A program made the position numbers and the translations under genes. Below the pieces are notes generated by a model. The model was not told the origin of the DNA and searched no databases. It was given only the letters and a program-made list of their open reading frames with translations. A DNA stretch of 64,000 nt from Kofleriaceae bacterium (lineage in GTDB: Bacteria > Myxococcota_A > Polyangia > Haliangiales > Haliangiaceae): assembly GCA_965215005.1 (NCBI GenBank), contig CBDCCZ010000004.1:128001-192000 (forward strand). The letters are read 5' to 3'. Each line of letters opens with the position of its first letter. Positions within the stretch are counted from its first letter, which is position 1. Positions 27,425 through 39,250 of this stretch are shown here, one piece after another.

Positions 27425-28068
27425 CAGCCCACCTCACGCTCGTGCTCGCGAGCGTGCAGACCGCCGAGGATCGCGTGCGCCACCTCATCTGTGGCGATGA
27501 GTGCGGCACGAACGCGACGGTTGAAGTAGTTAAACGCGATCACCGCCGGGATGGCTACTAACAGCCCCACGGCGGTCGCCACCAGCGCCTCCGAGATGCC
27601 ACTCATCACCACGTCGGCTCCGCCTTGCGTATCCTGCGACAGATCTTCGAAAGCTTTGATGATCCCGAGGACGGTGCCAAACAAGCCGATGAATGGTGCG
27701 TTGTTGCCAAGGGTGCCGAGCACGATGAGGAGTCGCTCGTGCTCACCTCGACCCCGCGTCTTCTCGCTGTTCATCGCTTCGGCCGCGGCTTCGACCCCGT
27801 GATCGCGTTCGCGCAGCCCGCGTACCGCCACCCGGGCGGCGAGCGCTTGCGAGTCGCCATACTGCTGCTCGACCGCGCTCGGGTCATCGTCTGCAACTGC
27901 CTTGCGAGCTGCCGCTACCAAGGCTTCGGCGTCGATGCGGCGGGCGCGAAAGTACAGCGCGCGTTCGATCATCACGCCGACGGAGAGAATGGAGAGCGCG
28001 ACCAGGAGCCAGAGCACCCACTCGGCGCCGAGCAGCGTGAAGTTGAGAAACTGTTCGGTGAGATTCAT
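27424..28068 (-). CDS. exbB: ExbB/TolQ/MotA proton channel
   Basis: [14 protein letters not shown] and [19 protein letters not shown] motifs. Confidence 0.92.
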   Translation of the reverse strand: MNLTEQFLNFTLLGAEWVLWLLVALSILSVGVMIERALYFRARRIDAEALVAAARKAVADDDPSAVEQQYGDSQALAARVAVRGLRERDHGVEAAAEAMNSEKTRGRGEHERLLIVLGTLGNNAPFIGLFGTVLGIIKAFEDLSQDTQGGADVVMSGISEALVATAVGLLVAIPAVIAFNYFNRRVRAALIATDEVAHAILGGLHAREHEREVG

Positions 28069-28128
28069 GGAAGGCCTATCGAGGAGCTGTCCGGTGCGAC
28101 CGACGCGGCGTCGAGAAGGATGCTCGAA

Positions 28129-29202
28129 TCATGCAGGAAAACCATCGACGTCTTTAATCACTTCGCGCATCACCGCGGTGGCGTACGCTCCGGCCGGCAA
28201 ATCGAAGCCGACCTCGATGCAGTCGCCGTCGACCATGACAACGGTCACTCGCCCGAGGTCCACGGCGATGGGCCGACGAGTTCCGGCCGATAGTTTGCCG
28301 CCGGCGCGAAACGTTTCCAACGTGATGCCGTTGTTAGCAAGAATCGCCTGTTCCCGCATCGCTGCCACGCTTTCCGTCGCTGGTTGGCGCATGCGGGGAC
28401 CGAACATCGGTCCCGTAGGAACCACTTCGCCAGCGTGCAGCCGCGGCTCGTCGTGCTGCGGATCTTCGCACACGAAAATCCCGCCGGAGACACGCTTTTG
28501 CAGGACGTCACCGGGCCACACGCGGGCAAAATCGCCACTCAAAATACGGTCGCGCAGGTACTCGTTGAATAGCGCCGATTGAAACGCGGAAATGAAGAGT
28601 CGTCGCTGGCGACCGCGTGCAGAACGCGGGATGTGTCCTTCGCCGGTGAGGATGGCGCGACCAACGGCGGCGTTGTCACCCGCGGAGCCAAATCGCTGGC
28701 CGCCAAACCAATTGGGCGCCCCCGGCGCGGACGCTAACTGCGCAAAGATGGCTTCAGCGCGCGCCGCGGCCTCGTCCGCTGGCACCGCTAGCTTGCGCAG
28801 TCGGAGTACGAAGCGATTGCCCCGCAAGTGCCCCGTGCGGAGCTTGTGGGGGTGACGCACCGCGCTGAGTACGGTGAGACCTTCGGAGCTGGCGGCCGAG
28901 GCTGCTTCGGGAGTTGCTGGCGGTGGTAGCGACAACATCTGCCGCGTCACTGCGTGGCGATCTTTCATGCCCGCCCAGCCGACGTCGCGGGGCTCGACAC
29001 CCACGGCGATGGCAAGTCGGCGCGCGGCTTCGGAGGTGGTGAGTCCGCGCTTTTCGATGCAAGCGAAGACGTGGTCCCCTTGTCCTTCCGGTTCGTAAAC
29101 CGGCAACTCCTCGACGTGAAAGTCCTCGGGCGTGGTGCGCAGAACGCCTCCCGTACCGGGCAGCGCGGCGGTCAGGAGTGGGAGCTCGACAGGCGCGGAC
29201 AT
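28129..29202 (-). CDS. truD: tRNA pseudouridine(13) synthase TruD
   Basis: [30 protein letters not shown] and [10 protein letters not shown] motifs. Confidence 0.95.
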   Translation of the reverse strand: MSAPVELPLLTAALPGTGGVLRTTPEDFHVEELPVYEPEGQGDHVFACIEKRGLTTSEAARRLAIAVGVEPRDVGWAGMKDRHAVTRQMLSLPPPATPEAASAASSEGLTVLSAVRHPHKLRTGHLRGNRFVLRLRKLAVPADEAAARAEAIFAQLASAPGAPNWFGGQRFGSAGDNAAVGRAILTGEGHIPRSARGRQRRLFISAFQSALFNEYLRDRILSGDFARVWPGDVLQKRVSGGIFVCEDPQHDEPRLHAGEVVPTGPMFGPRMRQPATESVAAMREQAILANNGITLETFRAGGKLSAGTRRPIAVDLGRVTVVMVDGDCIEVGFDLPAGAYATAVMREVIKDVDGFPA

Positions 29203-29362
29203 GGCGACAGCTTACTCCAGCGTATCCCGAAGTACGACGCCGCAGCAGTTGCGAGCGCGGGCAAGGGTAGCGAGATGCTGCTGGCACCTCTACTGTTGTT
29301 CGGGTGGGATTCGGGCATGGGCACGTAGCCGCCGCGCGGCCACACCGCACAGGAGAGACGTC

Positions 29363-30325
29363 ATGAACAACATCCACGTGCTGCTGACCGCCGTGCTGCT
29401 GGCTGCAACCGGCTGCGCCGGCCGATACCCCCGCCCCGATACCGCCAAGTCCGGCGCTGCGGCAAACACCAACGCGGTGGCCGCCGCGGGACTACCCTAT
29501 CGAGTGCTGCTCGGCAAAGGCGGTCGCGAGCTCTCTGACGATGAGCTGCTCGCCCAGCTCGGCAGGGCGCAGGCGATCTGCATTGGCGAAACGCATCCCA
29601 ACCCGCACGACCACTGGGCGCAGCTCACCCTTTTGCAGCGCATTACCGCGACGCGACGTGGCCCCACCGCCCTGGGAATGGAGATGTTTCAGCGGCCGTT
29701 TCAGGGGGTTCTCGATGACTACGGCAGCGGTCGCATCGACGAAGATGCACTGCTCGTGCGCAGCGACTGGGCGTCGCGCTGGGGATTTGATTTCGCGCTA
29801 TATCGGCCGATGGTCGAGTTGGCGCGCGATCGTGGGCTGACGCTGCTTGCGCTCAACGCGCCGCGTGAGCTGACCAAGAAGGTCGCGCGGCGTGGCGTCG
29901 GAGGCTTGAGTGACGGCGAGCGCGCGCAGTTGCCGGAGATGGTGCTCGATGACGCCGAGCATCGCGCGTGGTGGGACGACATCATGGGGGGCATCGAGCA
30001 TGGTCACGGCCCGCACGGAAGCGAACGCTCTGGCGATAGCATCTACGCTGCGCAAGTCTTGTGGGATGAGACCATGGCTGAAACTGCCGCTCGCTGGCTA
30101 ACTGATCAGCCAGGCGGGCTCGTGGTCATTCTCGCCGGCAACGGCCACTGCCACGACTTGGCCATTGTGCGCCGGCTGCAGCGTCGGGGCATCGAGCGCG
30201 CGGTATCGGTGTTGCCGATTGTGGACGATGGCCAGGGCAATGTAGCTGCCGAGCTGGCGGCGCCCCTTCACGACTACTTGTTCGTAATGAGCAGAGGGGA
30301 CGAGAGTCTGGGCTCACGAGACTGA
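29363..30325 (+). CDS. ChaN-family lipoprotein
   Basis: AGGAG RBS, ATGC lipobox, and GETHPNPHDH, LGMEMF, AQVLWDETMA, LAGNGH motifs. Confidence 0.85.
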   Translation: MNNIHVLLTAVLLAATGCAGRYPRPDTAKSGAAANTNAVAAAGLPYRVLLGKGGRELSDDELLAQLGRAQAICIGETHPNPHDHWAQLTLLQRITATRRGPTALGMEMFQRPFQGVLDDYGSGRIDEDALLVRSDWASRWGFDFALYRPMVELARDRGLTLLALNAPRELTKKVARRGVGGLSDGERAQLPEMVLDDAEHRAWWDDIMGGIEHGHGPHGSERSGDSIYAAQVLWDETMAETAARWLTDQPGGLVVILAGNGHCHDLAIVRRLQRRGIERAVSVLPIVDDGQGNVAAELAAPLHDYLFVMSRGDESLGSRD

Positions 30326-30398
30326 CGACGGATGCGGTTGGCTTCGCTGCGGTGCAAGGGCTGCTACGGCAGGAATGACACGGGTAGGGCGCCTCGCC

Positions 30399-30593
30399 TC
30401 ATCCGACACGCCGCGCCGGTTCTTGGCGATACCGATAGGGGCGATACCAAGAACCGTCGGGATTGCGAATGGCACAGCTGTTATCTCCATAACTTCTTGC
30501 TTTATAGAGAGCTTCAGCGAGGGTTCGGAAGCGCGGTCCCCGCCGGAGACCGTGCGCATGAGAGATCCAGATTTCGTACATCGGCGCCGTCAT
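30399..30593 (-). CDS. Possible small protein (64 aa)
   Basis: MTAPMYEIWISH..GPRFRTLAEAL..AIRNPDGSWY; fills the gap and is co-oriented with the upstream gene. Confidence 0.4.
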   Translation of the reverse strand: MTAPMYEIWISHAHGLRRGPRFRTLAEALYKARSYGDNSCAIRNPDGSWYRPYRYRQEPARRVG

Positions 30594-30657
30594 GGCGGCT
30601 CGCCGATTGCGAAATGCGTGCCCGGGACTCGTCCCGGGCACGATGCTTCACTCGCCG

Positions 30658-32154
30658 CTAGAACAGCGTGACGCGACCGCGGGCCATGATGGTTTGGTCG
30701 ACCTGCACGTCGCTGGTGAAGTAGCCGTCTTTCTCGACTCGCAAGGAGTAGTCGAGACTTACCTCGAGGAGGTCGGTGAGGATCGGCAGTCGAAAGCCGC
30801 CCGTCGCCGAAAGCGACCACAGCAAGCGATCAACGAAGTCATCGCCGGCGCGGTCGGTGTCTTTGACCGGTGCCATGACGTCGAAGCCGGCCTTGCCGAA
30901 CAACCACCGAGTCACCGTGATTTGACCATCAGCGCCGACGACGGGGCCGTGGGTATCGTAGTCATCGACCTCATTGAGGGTGACGGTGGGGCCGGTCGAG
31001 TCGCCTTCGACCACGTACAGCCCACGCGAGAGACCTTGTCGCAAACCATAGCCAACCCGGCTAGCGACGTTGAGCTTGACCAGGAGCAGGTCGAGGCTCA
31101 CCGCTTTGAGATTGGCGCCCAGCTCCTCTTGCAGCACGATGGGCGCAAATTCGGGCGCCAGCTCGACGCGCAGATTGTCTTGATTTGCCTCGTCGCCATA
31201 GGTCTCCGTTAACGTGGTGCCATCGATTTGCTGCTTGGTCAGAGTGATCTCATCCGCGTCGCTTTGCATGAACAGATAGCTGGGGAATACGGAGGTCTGA
31301 AAGCTCGCGCGCGCGTACGGCCCAACCCAGGGATTGTTGATGTTGTAGGCGTACAGCGCTTCCGCTGAGAAGATGTCGGACGTCGCGAATGCCGAGGCTG
31401 CCTGTTGGTCGAGCAGCGTGAGCTCGAGGTCGGAGCGGACGTCGAGATAGTGATTGCCGCGGTCGAACACCAAGCCGAAGTTGGCGAAAATGCCATATAC
31501 GGCTGTCGTGCCGCTGGTCTGGCCGACGACGCTGCGCTGTTGATTGAGCATGAGCGAGCCGCCACCGCTCAGGCTGACTTCGATACCGGCAATCTTCACC
31601 CCGGTCGGCAGCGCCGTGGTCACCACGCCAGAGCCGCGGAAGTCATTGCTCACCGAATCCACGACGATGACAAAGTCGGTCGTGGCGCCGGGGGCGACCA
31701 TGACAGTGGCGAAGTTGGTCGAGGTGTTGAAAGGCGCACCCGCAGTGACGACCTTATATAGACCTGGATCGAGCTCTAACATCAGCGCTTCTTTGCCAGC
31801 GGCTTCGTCGGTCGAGGTCCCCGAGGCGACCACGCGGCGGGTGGCGACGTCATACACATCGAGCTCGACCTCGGCATACTGGTCGCGGGTGTCGAGCACG
31901 TGGAGGCGCACGCCGCTGAGCTCGGTGGCAACCGCCTCGGTTGTCGGCGTGGGCGCGAAGGGATCCGCCGGTGCCGGATCCGCCGGTGCGGGATCGAGCG
32001 GAGCCGGATCGTCGGCCGGGGTTTCGACGGGGTCAATGGGATCGGGAAGGTCTTGAGCGAGAGCGCTCGCAGGCATCCCGAGCAGGAGTAGAGCGGCGGC
32101 TGCGCCGCTGACTTTTCCAGCCGCGGTGAGGGCTCGATAGGCTTGAATTAGCAT
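30658..32154 (-). CDS. Predicted outer-membrane beta-barrel protein
   Basis: Signal peptide, Pro/Asp linker, amphipathic strands and C-terminal Phe. Confidence 0.75.
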   Translation of the reverse strand: MLIQAYRALTAAGKVSGAAAALLLLGMPASALAQDLPDPIDPVETPADDPAPLDPAPADPAPADPFAPTPTTEAVATELSGVRLHVLDTRDQYAEVELDVYDVATRRVVASGTSTDEAAGKEALMLELDPGLYKVVTAGAPFNTSTNFATVMVAPGATTDFVIVVDSVSNDFRGSGVVTTALPTGVKIAGIEVSLSGGGSLMLNQQRSVVGQTSGTTAVYGIFANFGLVFDRGNHYLDVRSDLELTLLDQQAASAFATSDIFSAEALYAYNINNPWVGPYARASFQTSVFPSYLFMQSDADEITLTKQQIDGTTLTETYGDEANQDNLRVELAPEFAPIVLQEELGANLKAVSLDLLLVKLNVASRVGYGLRQGLSRGLYVVEGDSTGPTVTLNEVDDYDTHGPVVGADGQITVTRWLFGKAGFDVMAPVKDTDRAGDDFVDRLLWSLSATGGFRLPILTDLLEVSLDYSLRVEKDGYFTSDVQVDQTIMARGRVTLF

Positions 32155-32169
32155 TGTGGCGCGCGGCTG

Positions 32170-32185
32170 TGCACCACAGATGCCA
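32170..32185 (-). promoter_or_regulatory. Putative sigma54 promoter
   Basis: Minus strand TGGCATCTGTGGTGCA, about 15 nt upstream of the ATG. Confidence 0.45.
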
Positions 32186-32381
32186 TGTCATAGCCGCCGG
32201 CGACGCAAGTGAGCTTGCGGGAGACCCTTTGTCTAAGCCTCTACGAGCGGTTTCGCCGGGAGCAGTCGCGAACTGCGTTCATGCGGAATCGCCTCAATGC
32301 GGCGAAACGTCACGAGCGTTGCTGCTCGACCGGCACGTCGGGCCCGGTCCATCGCATCGAGGAGGTCCGCAGCTCACGCTC

Positions 32382-33131
32382 TCAATCCTCGCGAAGATCG
32401 CGAAGGAGCGCACTGCCCGCCACCGGACCACTCTCGTCTTCGACCATGCGCAAATACAGCTGCGCGCTTTTGTTGCTCGGATCGCGATTGAGCACAGCGC
32501 GCCACTCACGAATGGCATCGGCTTTGCGCCCGAGCGAGAAGAGTGTGACGCCCAGGAAGATGCACGCTGGGACGTATTCTGGGCGTTGTCTCTTGGCCTG
32601 CTCGAACTCGGCAATCGCCGCATCGAACCTGCCCATATCGCGATAGACGTTGCCGAGGCGCGTGCGCAAATCGATGAATTCGGGACATAAGTCGAGCGCT
32701 TTGGAGTATTCGCGGACGGCTTCGTCGTAGAGTCCGATGCCCGCGTACACGGCACCGAGATCTGCGTGCATGTTGCCTATCTTGCCGCGGGCGAACGGAT
32801 CGATGCTGCGCGGTTGTTGATAGGAGTTGTTGATGGCCCGCGCATACACCTCGCGCGCCTGATCATACTTGCCGCGATCGTTGTAGGTGACCGATAGGTT
32901 GAGTGCTGCTTCGGTGTAATTGGGGTTGAGCTGCAGCGCGGTCTCGAAGGCCTCTTCCGCTTCGGCAAATCGACCCTGGCTATAAAAAATGACACCAAGC
33001 ATGTTGTGAACGTCGGGAAAGCTAGGCTGCGCCGACACCACTTGACTCAGATACTGCTCAGCGCGCTCGTACTCGCCAGCGTTGTAGTGCTCGCGTCCCA
33101 GAGTGATGAGTTGCCGCAGCCGTTCGTCCAT
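32382..33131 (-). CDS. Tetratricopeptide repeat protein
   Basis: Successive TPR units (LG..Y...G....A......AL...P). Confidence 0.9.
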   Translation of the reverse strand: MDERLRQLITLGREHYNAGEYERAEQYLSQVVSAQPSFPDVHNMLGVIFYSQGRFAEAEEAFETALQLNPNYTEAALNLSVTYNDRGKYDQAREVYARAINNSYQQPRSIDPFARGKIGNMHADLGAVYAGIGLYDEAVREYSKALDLCPEFIDLRTRLGNVYRDMGRFDAAIAEFEQAKRQRPEYVPACIFLGVTLFSLGRKADAIREWRAVLNRDPSNKSAQLYLRMVEDESGPVAGSALLRDLRED

Positions 33132-33143
33132 GCGTTGCGCCGC

Positions 33144-33938
33144 CTATTGGCTAAGGGCTAACTTCGAAAGCTCGCTGCGAGCCTCGCCTGCGTGCTCGTG
33201 CTCGGGGTGTTCTTTGACGAGCTCTTGCCAGGTCGCTGTGGCGCGATCGAGCATTCCGACCTTCTTATAGGCGCGGCCTAGCAGCCACAACGCATTTGCA
33301 TCGTAGCCGACGCCGCTGTAGCGCTTGAGCAGCCGGCGCAGCCGCAGCACCGTGCCCATCGGCTTGCCGCGATCCCAATAAAAGTTGGCCACGTACCACT
33401 CATGCGCCGCGAGGCGATCGGCGACGTTGGCCAGGAGCTCTTTGCCGCGCTTGGTGTACGGCGAGTCCGGGTACTTCTGCAGGAACGCGCGCAGCTCGCG
33501 CTCGGCATCGGAGCTCGCTGACTGATCCTTTTCGTGCGCTGGCGGCAAAAGCCACCAGTCATCGGGCAGCATGCGCGTATAGGCCTCGCCGATGCGAAAC
33601 GCGGCATAGCCGTTGGTGACCATCTCGTGCGTGGGATGGAACTTGATGAAGAGCTTGTAGCTATCGATCGCTTGCGGATGATGACCGGCGGCGAACTCGG
33701 CATCCGCGAGGCGGAGCTCGGCGAGCACGGCGTACTTCGAGTAGGGAAAACGAGCTTTGAGAAACGAGAAGTACTTGGCGGCGGCGATGTAGTCCTCGTC
33801 GCCGAGCTCGGTTTGGCCTTTGTCGTAGTTTTCTTTGGCCGAGACAGCGTAATTGACGCTGCCTTCCGAGGTTCCCCCGCAGGCGCTCGCGACGCTGGCG
33901 AGCGTTGCGAGGATGATGACTCTTGTTACCGAAACCAT
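33144..33938 (-). CDS. bamD: Outer membrane protein assembly lipoprotein BamD
   Basis: ASAC lipobox; RFPYSKYAVLAELRLADA, FIKFHPTH, YPDSPY and LAAHEWYVANFY motifs. Confidence 0.9.
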   Translation of the reverse strand: MVSVTRVIILATLASVASACGGTSEGSVNYAVSAKENYDKGQTELGDEDYIAAAKYFSFLKARFPYSKYAVLAELRLADAEFAAGHHPQAIDSYKLFIKFHPTHEMVTNGYAAFRIGEAYTRMLPDDWWLLPPAHEKDQSASSDAERELRAFLQKYPDSPYTKRGKELLANVADRLAAHEWYVANFYWDRGKPMGTVLRLRRLLKRYSGVGYDANALWLLGRAYKKVGMLDRATATWQELVKEHPEHEHAGEARSELSKLALSQ

Positions 33939-34062
33939 TCGAGAAAACCGATTCACGTTCATTCTATATCCAGGCGCTATCGAAGGGTCAAGCAAGCGTT
34001 TGACTCGCACCGACCGATGGCCGTTGCATTGCCGGTTGGCGTCGCGGCTATACTGCCGCGCC

Positions 34063-34752
34063 ATGCCGGCACGAGCCCTGCCACGTCCATATCACGTCGC
34101 TGCGCGCTTGGCGCTCGCTGTCGCTGCGCTGAGCCTATCTTGTGGCGGTGCGGGCAGCGACGCGACCACGCTGCCGCCGCGGTTCACCCGCGCCACCTTG
34201 GTCGGACCCTTGTGTGATGCGGACCGCTGCCAGTGCCACAACGAGGCCGGCAGCGACGCCGGCGCTCCGCCGAGCTCGGAGCTCAAGCGGTTCGAGGTGC
34301 GCCTTGGACCGGTGGAAAATGAGCTGTGGGTCGAGCTCGACGGCATGACCTTTTACAAAGGCACGGAGCGGGCCGAGGAGTGCTTCTACGTCGACTTGGC
34401 GCCCGGCCAGCACCCGGTCGTGATTCATGGCGCCGGGGACCCTGGCTTTGGCGCGCGCATGTCCGTCGCCGAGCGGGGCCAAGGGGGCTGGTACGACACC
34501 TTCGAGTTTGGCTGTGGCGCCCCCGGCTGGTGCGACTTCGACGGGCTGAAGGAGTGGGAGCAGGCGGTTTTGAGGGCGCCACGGCAGCTGCATGATCCGT
34601 GTGGGTCCACCAAGATTCGCGACGCGGAATGGAAGGCCGGCGGCGCCGTCGACCGCACCCATCCTCAGCACCTCGAGGTCAACCTGGTGCTCGACGTCTA
34701 TGATTTCACTCCACAGCACAATCCTGGCGATCCTGCCTGCGCTAACAAGTAA
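34063..34752 (+). CDS. Hypothetical Cys-containing lipoprotein
   Basis: SLSC lipobox; 229-aa ORF. Confidence 0.75.
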   Translation: MPARALPRPYHVAARLALAVAALSLSCGGAGSDATTLPPRFTRATLVGPLCDADRCQCHNEAGSDAGAPPSSELKRFEVRLGPVENELWVELDGMTFYKGTERAEECFYVDLAPGQHPVVIHGAGDPGFGARMSVAERGQGGWYDTFEFGCGAPGWCDFDGLKEWEQAVLRAPRQLHDPCGSTKIRDAEWKAGGAVDRTHPQHLEVNLVLDVYDFTPQHNPGDPACANK

Positions 34753-34784
34753 AACGGCGCGTTGCCCAAGCGAGTAGTACTGAC

Positions 34785-36713
34785 GTGTTCACGTATCCTG
34801 AAACTTACGATGTCGTCGTGGTCGGCGCGGGCCATGCCGGCTGTGAAGCCGCGCTGGCCGCTGCTCGGCTAGGTGCGCGCGTGTTGGTCCTAACTGGCAA
34901 TCTCGAGATGGTTGCTCAGATGTCCTGCAATCCGGCGATCGGTGGCGTCGCCAAGGGCCATTTGGTCAAAGAGATCGATGCCCTGGGCGGCGAGATGGCC
35001 AGTGTCATCGACGAAACCGGCATCCAATTTCGCCGTCTCAATCTATCGAAGGGACCGGCGGTGCGTTCGACGCGCGCGCAAGCCGATAAGCGCCGCTATC
35101 GCGAGCAGATGCGCCAGCGACTCGAAGCGCAAGAGCGACTCTCCTTGCGTCAAGCGGAGGTGAGTGAGCTCTTCACCGAGAATGGCCGCGTGGTGGCGGT
35201 GGGCACTAAGATGGGGGTGGCGTTTCGCACCCGCACCGTCATCCTCACTACCGGCACGTTTTTGCGCGGGAGAATCTTTGTTGGCAAGGAGCGCTCCGAT
35301 GGCGGCCGTGCTGGCGAAGCGCCAGCGCTGGGGCTATCGCAGTCACTTGCCGAGCTCGGTTTTCCGCTCGCGCGCCTCAAGACCGGCACCCCGTGCCGCC
35401 TCGACGGCGCCACGCTCGATCTCGCCGCGCTCGAGGAGCAGCCAGGGGACACGCCGGCACCGCGATTTCGCGTGCTCGCGCCCATTGGAGAGACGCCACC
35501 GCTGCCGCAGCGCGTGTGTTGGGTGACCTACACCAGTGAAGCGACTCATAGCGTTATCCGCGACAACTTGCACCGCTCGCCGCTCTTCGCAGGTGACATC
35601 GACGGTGTCGGTCCGCGCTATTGCCCCAGCATCGAAGACAAAGTGGTGCGGTTCGCCGATAAGCCGCGCCACCAGGTGTTCCTCGAGCCAGAAGGCATCG
35701 ACACCGACGAGTTTTATCCCAACGGGATCTCCACCTGTTTGCCCTACGACGTACAGCTGGCGTTTCTGCGCACCATACCGGGGCTCGAACGCGCGGAGAT
35801 GACGCGGCCTGGATACGCCGTGGAATACGATTTCGTCGATCCGCGTGAGCTGTGGCCGACGCTGGAGACTCGCCGGGTGCGCGGGCTGTTCCTCGGTGGA
35901 CAGATCAATGGCACCTCGGGGTACGAAGAAGCAGCTATCCAGGGCTTGCTCGCAGGGATCAACGCGGCGCTGTCGCTGGGGCTTGGCCACAATCGTGAGG
36001 ACGGCCTGGTGTTGCGACGCGACCAAGCCTATGCCGGCGTGCTCGTCGACGACCTGGTGGCGAAAGGCACTCGTGAGCCGTATCGCATGTTCACCTCGCG
36101 GGCCGAATATCGCCTCATACTGCGCGAAGACAACGCCGCTGAGAGATTGCTGCCCATCGGCCGGTCGCTTGGTTTGATAGATGACGATCGTTGGCGGCTA
36201 TTTACCGCTCGCCAGCAGGCACTCACCGCCGAGCTCGAGCGCGTTCGGGTGGCCACGGTTAATGATACTGTCGCCGTCAATGAGGCGCTCGTGCGCGAGG
36301 GGTCGGCGCCACTGAAAAACGGTCGCCGCGCGACGCTCGCGGAGCTCATGCGGCGGCCGGAGATGAGCTACGAGTCGACGTGTCGAGTGGCCGTGGCGGG
36401 CGGACTCGGCGAGGCTTTGGGTGATGCGCACGTTGCCGAGCGGGTGGAGATCGAGTGCAAGTATGCGGGCTATCTCGACCGCCAGCGCAGCGATGCGCAG
36501 CGATTGGCGCGCTATGAGGATGTAGGTTTGCCGGTGGATCTCGACTATCGAAGCATCCATGGTCTCTCTACGGAGGCCATCGAGAAGCTCGAGAGCCAGC
36601 GGCCGCGCTCGCTGGGACACGCGTCTCGCATTAGCGGAATCACGCCGGTGGCCGTTTCGATTCTGCTCGCGCACCTCGATATCGAGCGGCTGCGTGCAGC
36701 TGGCGAGCTTTAA
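34785..36713 (+). CDS. mnmG: tRNA uridine 5-carboxymethylaminomethyl modification enzyme MnmG (GidA)
   Basis: [43 protein letters not shown] and [14 protein letters not shown] motifs. Confidence 0.97.
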   Translation: MFTYPETYDVVVVGAGHAGCEAALAAARLGARVLVLTGNLEMVAQMSCNPAIGGVAKGHLVKEIDALGGEMASVIDETGIQFRRLNLSKGPAVRSTRAQADKRRYREQMRQRLEAQERLSLRQAEVSELFTENGRVVAVGTKMGVAFRTRTVILTTGTFLRGRIFVGKERSDGGRAGEAPALGLSQSLAELGFPLARLKTGTPCRLDGATLDLAALEEQPGDTPAPRFRVLAPIGETPPLPQRVCWVTYTSEATHSVIRDNLHRSPLFAGDIDGVGPRYCPSIEDKVVRFADKPRHQVFLEPEGIDTDEFYPNGISTCLPYDVQLAFLRTIPGLERAEMTRPGYAVEYDFVDPRELWPTLETRRVRGLFLGGQINGTSGYEEAAIQGLLAGINAALSLGLGHNREDGLVLRRDQAYAGVLVDDLVAKGTREPYRMFTSRAEYRLILREDNAAERLLPIGRSLGLIDDDRWRLFTARQQALTAELERVRVATVNDTVAVNEALVREGSAPLKNGRRATLAELMRRPEMSYESTCRVAVAGGLGEALGDAHVAERVEIECKYAGYLDRQRSDAQRLARYEDVGLPVDLDYRSIHGLSTEAIEKLESQRPRSLGHASRISGITPVAVSILLAHLDIERLRAAGEL

Positions 36714-36794
36714 GCGGTATCGACCGTCGGGTTCGGCCGCTCAACGCTTGATCTTCGCCCCCTAGACCCCGATTCTGGCGATAAGGGGGAGCCG

Positions 36795-38351
36795 ATGATG
36801 CAACGTAATCTGCAGGCCAACATCGTGAGGCTCATGGCGCTCGCGGCGCTTATCGCACCTGTGCCCGCGGTGGCTGGAGGGCTGTATTTGCCGGGCGTTG
36901 GGCCAGTGGCGCAGGCGCGCGCTGGAGCCTTCGTCGCCAACGCGGGGGACGGCTCGGCGCTTTACTACAACCCGGCGGGCTTCGCGAAGCACCAGGGCAC
37001 GACAGTGCTGCTAGGGGCTAACTTCATCGACATGTCGCTGCGCTATCAACGCGCTGGAGCCTACGAAAACGTGCCTGGACAAGAGCTGCCGTATGCAGGT
37101 CAGCCGTTTGCCGCTGTCGAGGATGCCTCGTCGCCGGCGGTCGGCATTGGCGGCTTTCAGGCATTGCCCCTGTTGGTGGTGAGCACGGATCTCGGGCTCG
37201 AGATACCGGGCTTGCGCTTTGGCGGCGGTTTCTTCGTGCCCAACGGGTTTCCAGAGCGCGACTTTGGCAGCGATTACACATTTGAAGAAGAGGGCGTTCC
37301 GCCGCCACCCCAGCGATATGACGTGGTCTCGCAGGATGCAAGCACCATCGTGCCGTCCGTTGCGGTCGGCTATCGAGTGCACGACACCCTCGACATTGGC
37401 GCACGCGCCAGTTGGGGTATCGCGGGCATGAAGGCCACGACGTACACGTGGGGGTTGGCGAACCACGAAGAGTGGGTTGCGAGGGATGGCGAGTTTCGTA
37501 TCGACGTTAGTGACAACTTCGTCCCTTCCTTTGGCATTGGAATCCTCTATCGTCCTGCGGACGCCATCGAGGTTGGCGCTGCTTACAACAGCAAGATGAT
37601 CATTGATGGCAAGGGCACTGGCGTGGCGACACTCGGTAGCGACTTGACGATTGGTGGTCAGCTCATTCCATCGCCCGATCCCCGCTGTGCGAGCGGCGGC
37701 ACGCCCGAGGCCTTGAAGGTATGCGCAACGATCCCGCTTGCGCGCACCGCGACCGTGGGCGGCCGCTACATCGTGCGCGATGCTCGCGGGGCCGAGCGTG
37801 GTGACGTCGAGCTCGATGTCCGTTGGGAGGACTGGTCGAGTGCGTCCGACTTCGACATCGTCGTCGATGCTAGCTCGTCGCTGCTTGGGCCGCTGAGCAA
37901 GACCGTCGTTCGCCACAACCTCCATGACAGTGTGTCGTTTCGCTTGGGTGGCTCGTGGGCCTTTGCCGTCGGCGAGCATCGGCTCATCGCTCGTGGCGGC
38001 GCCGCTTACGACACGGCGGCGGCCGATGAGAGCTGGACGCGGCTCGACTTCGACAGTGCTGCTCGAACCACACTCGCGCTCGGCGCGGGCTATGAGCTCG
38101 GTCGCTTTCGCGTCGACGTCGGCGGTGGCGTGGTGCTCGAGAGCGACCGCCGCGTCGCGCTGTGCAACCGCGGCGAGGCAGATCCCGGATGCGATGGCTC
38201 TGCGCAGCCGCCACCGGTGTCCGAGCGGACCCAGCCCGACCCCGTGCAGCCGATCCAAGGACCGGCGGCGCAAGCGCAAAGCCCGTTCAACGGCGGTGAA
38301 TACAGCTCGGGATACGTGCTGCTCAGCCTCGGGCTATCGGCGCAGTTTTGA
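36795..38351 (+). CDS. FadL/OmpP1-family outer membrane transporter
   Basis: AGGLY...RAGAFVA..DGSALYYNPAG hatch motif; C-terminal Phe. Confidence 0.85.
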   Translation: MMQRNLQANIVRLMALAALIAPVPAVAGGLYLPGVGPVAQARAGAFVANAGDGSALYYNPAGFAKHQGTTVLLGANFIDMSLRYQRAGAYENVPGQELPYAGQPFAAVEDASSPAVGIGGFQALPLLVVSTDLGLEIPGLRFGGGFFVPNGFPERDFGSDYTFEEEGVPPPPQRYDVVSQDASTIVPSVAVGYRVHDTLDIGARASWGIAGMKATTYTWGLANHEEWVARDGEFRIDVSDNFVPSFGIGILYRPADAIEVGAAYNSKMIIDGKGTGVATLGSDLTIGGQLIPSPDPRCASGGTPEALKVCATIPLARTATVGGRYIVRDARGAERGDVELDVRWEDWSSASDFDIVVDASSSLLGPLSKTVVRHNLHDSVSFRLGGSWAFAVGEHRLIARGGAAYDTAAADESWTRLDFDSAARTTLALGAGYELGRFRVDVGGGVVLESDRRVALCNRGEADPGCDGSAQPPPVSERTQPDPVQPIQGPAAQAQSPFNGGEYSSGYVLLSLGLSAQF

Positions 38352-38420
38352 GCGCTGCGGGCATCCTGCGCGGGTGACGAACGGGTTCGCCTCCGGCGCT
38401 TGGTCCGCTAGAGTGTCGGG

Positions 38421-39243
38421 ATGTCGCAGTTCGACCATTTCCAGGGCACCGATACCTACATAGCGTCGGCAGACCTGCGCCACGCTGTCAACGTGGCCAT
38501 CGCACTCCAGCGTCCGCTGTTGATTCGCGGCGAGCCGGGCACCGGCAAGACACTCTTAGCCGAGAACGTCGCCGCGTCGCTGGGGTTGCCGCTCATGACT
38601 TGGCACATCAAGTCCACCACCAAGGCGCAGGATGGTCTTTACGTCTACGACACGGTCGCGCGGCTGCACGACAGTCGCTTTGGCGACGGCGACGTCAAAG
38701 ATATCTCTAAGTACATTCAACTTGGTCCCTTGGGCCGGGCCCTCAGCTCTTCTGAGAAGGTGGTCTTGTTGATCGATGAGATCGACAAAGCCGACATCGA
38801 GTTCCCCAACGACTTGCTGCTAGAGCTCGACTCGATGCGGTTTCGCGTGAGCGAGACCGGCGAGGAGATCGTCGCCAAAGAGCGACCGTTCGTGCTGATT
38901 ACCTCCAACAATGAGAAGGAGCTGCCGGATGCGTTCCTGCGCCGCTGCATCTTCCACTATATCGAATTTCCCACGCCGGAGCTCATGGCGCGCATCGTTC
39001 GCGTTCATCATCCCGATGTCGCCGATAAGGTGCTAGACCAGTGCCTCGACGTGTTCTATGGGCTGCGAGGAGTCAAGCGGCTGCGCAAGCCCCCCATCTA
39101 CGAGTGAGCTCATTGACTGGATTTGTGCCCTGCAGCGAGCGGGTGTCGATTTGAGCAAGATCGGCGGTGGCATTCCGTTTCTCGGCACGCTGCTAAAGAC
39201 CGAGCAAGATATCGAGCTAATGGGTAAACGCGCCAAAGCGTGA
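38421..39243 (+). CDS. MoxR/CoxD-like AAA+ ATPase, frameshifted at the C6 run 39090-39095
   Basis: [17 protein letters not shown] and [10 protein letters not shown]. Removing one C gives the conserved [11 protein letters not shown]...LLKTEQD. Confidence 0.9.
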
Positions 39244-39250
39244 GGCTATC

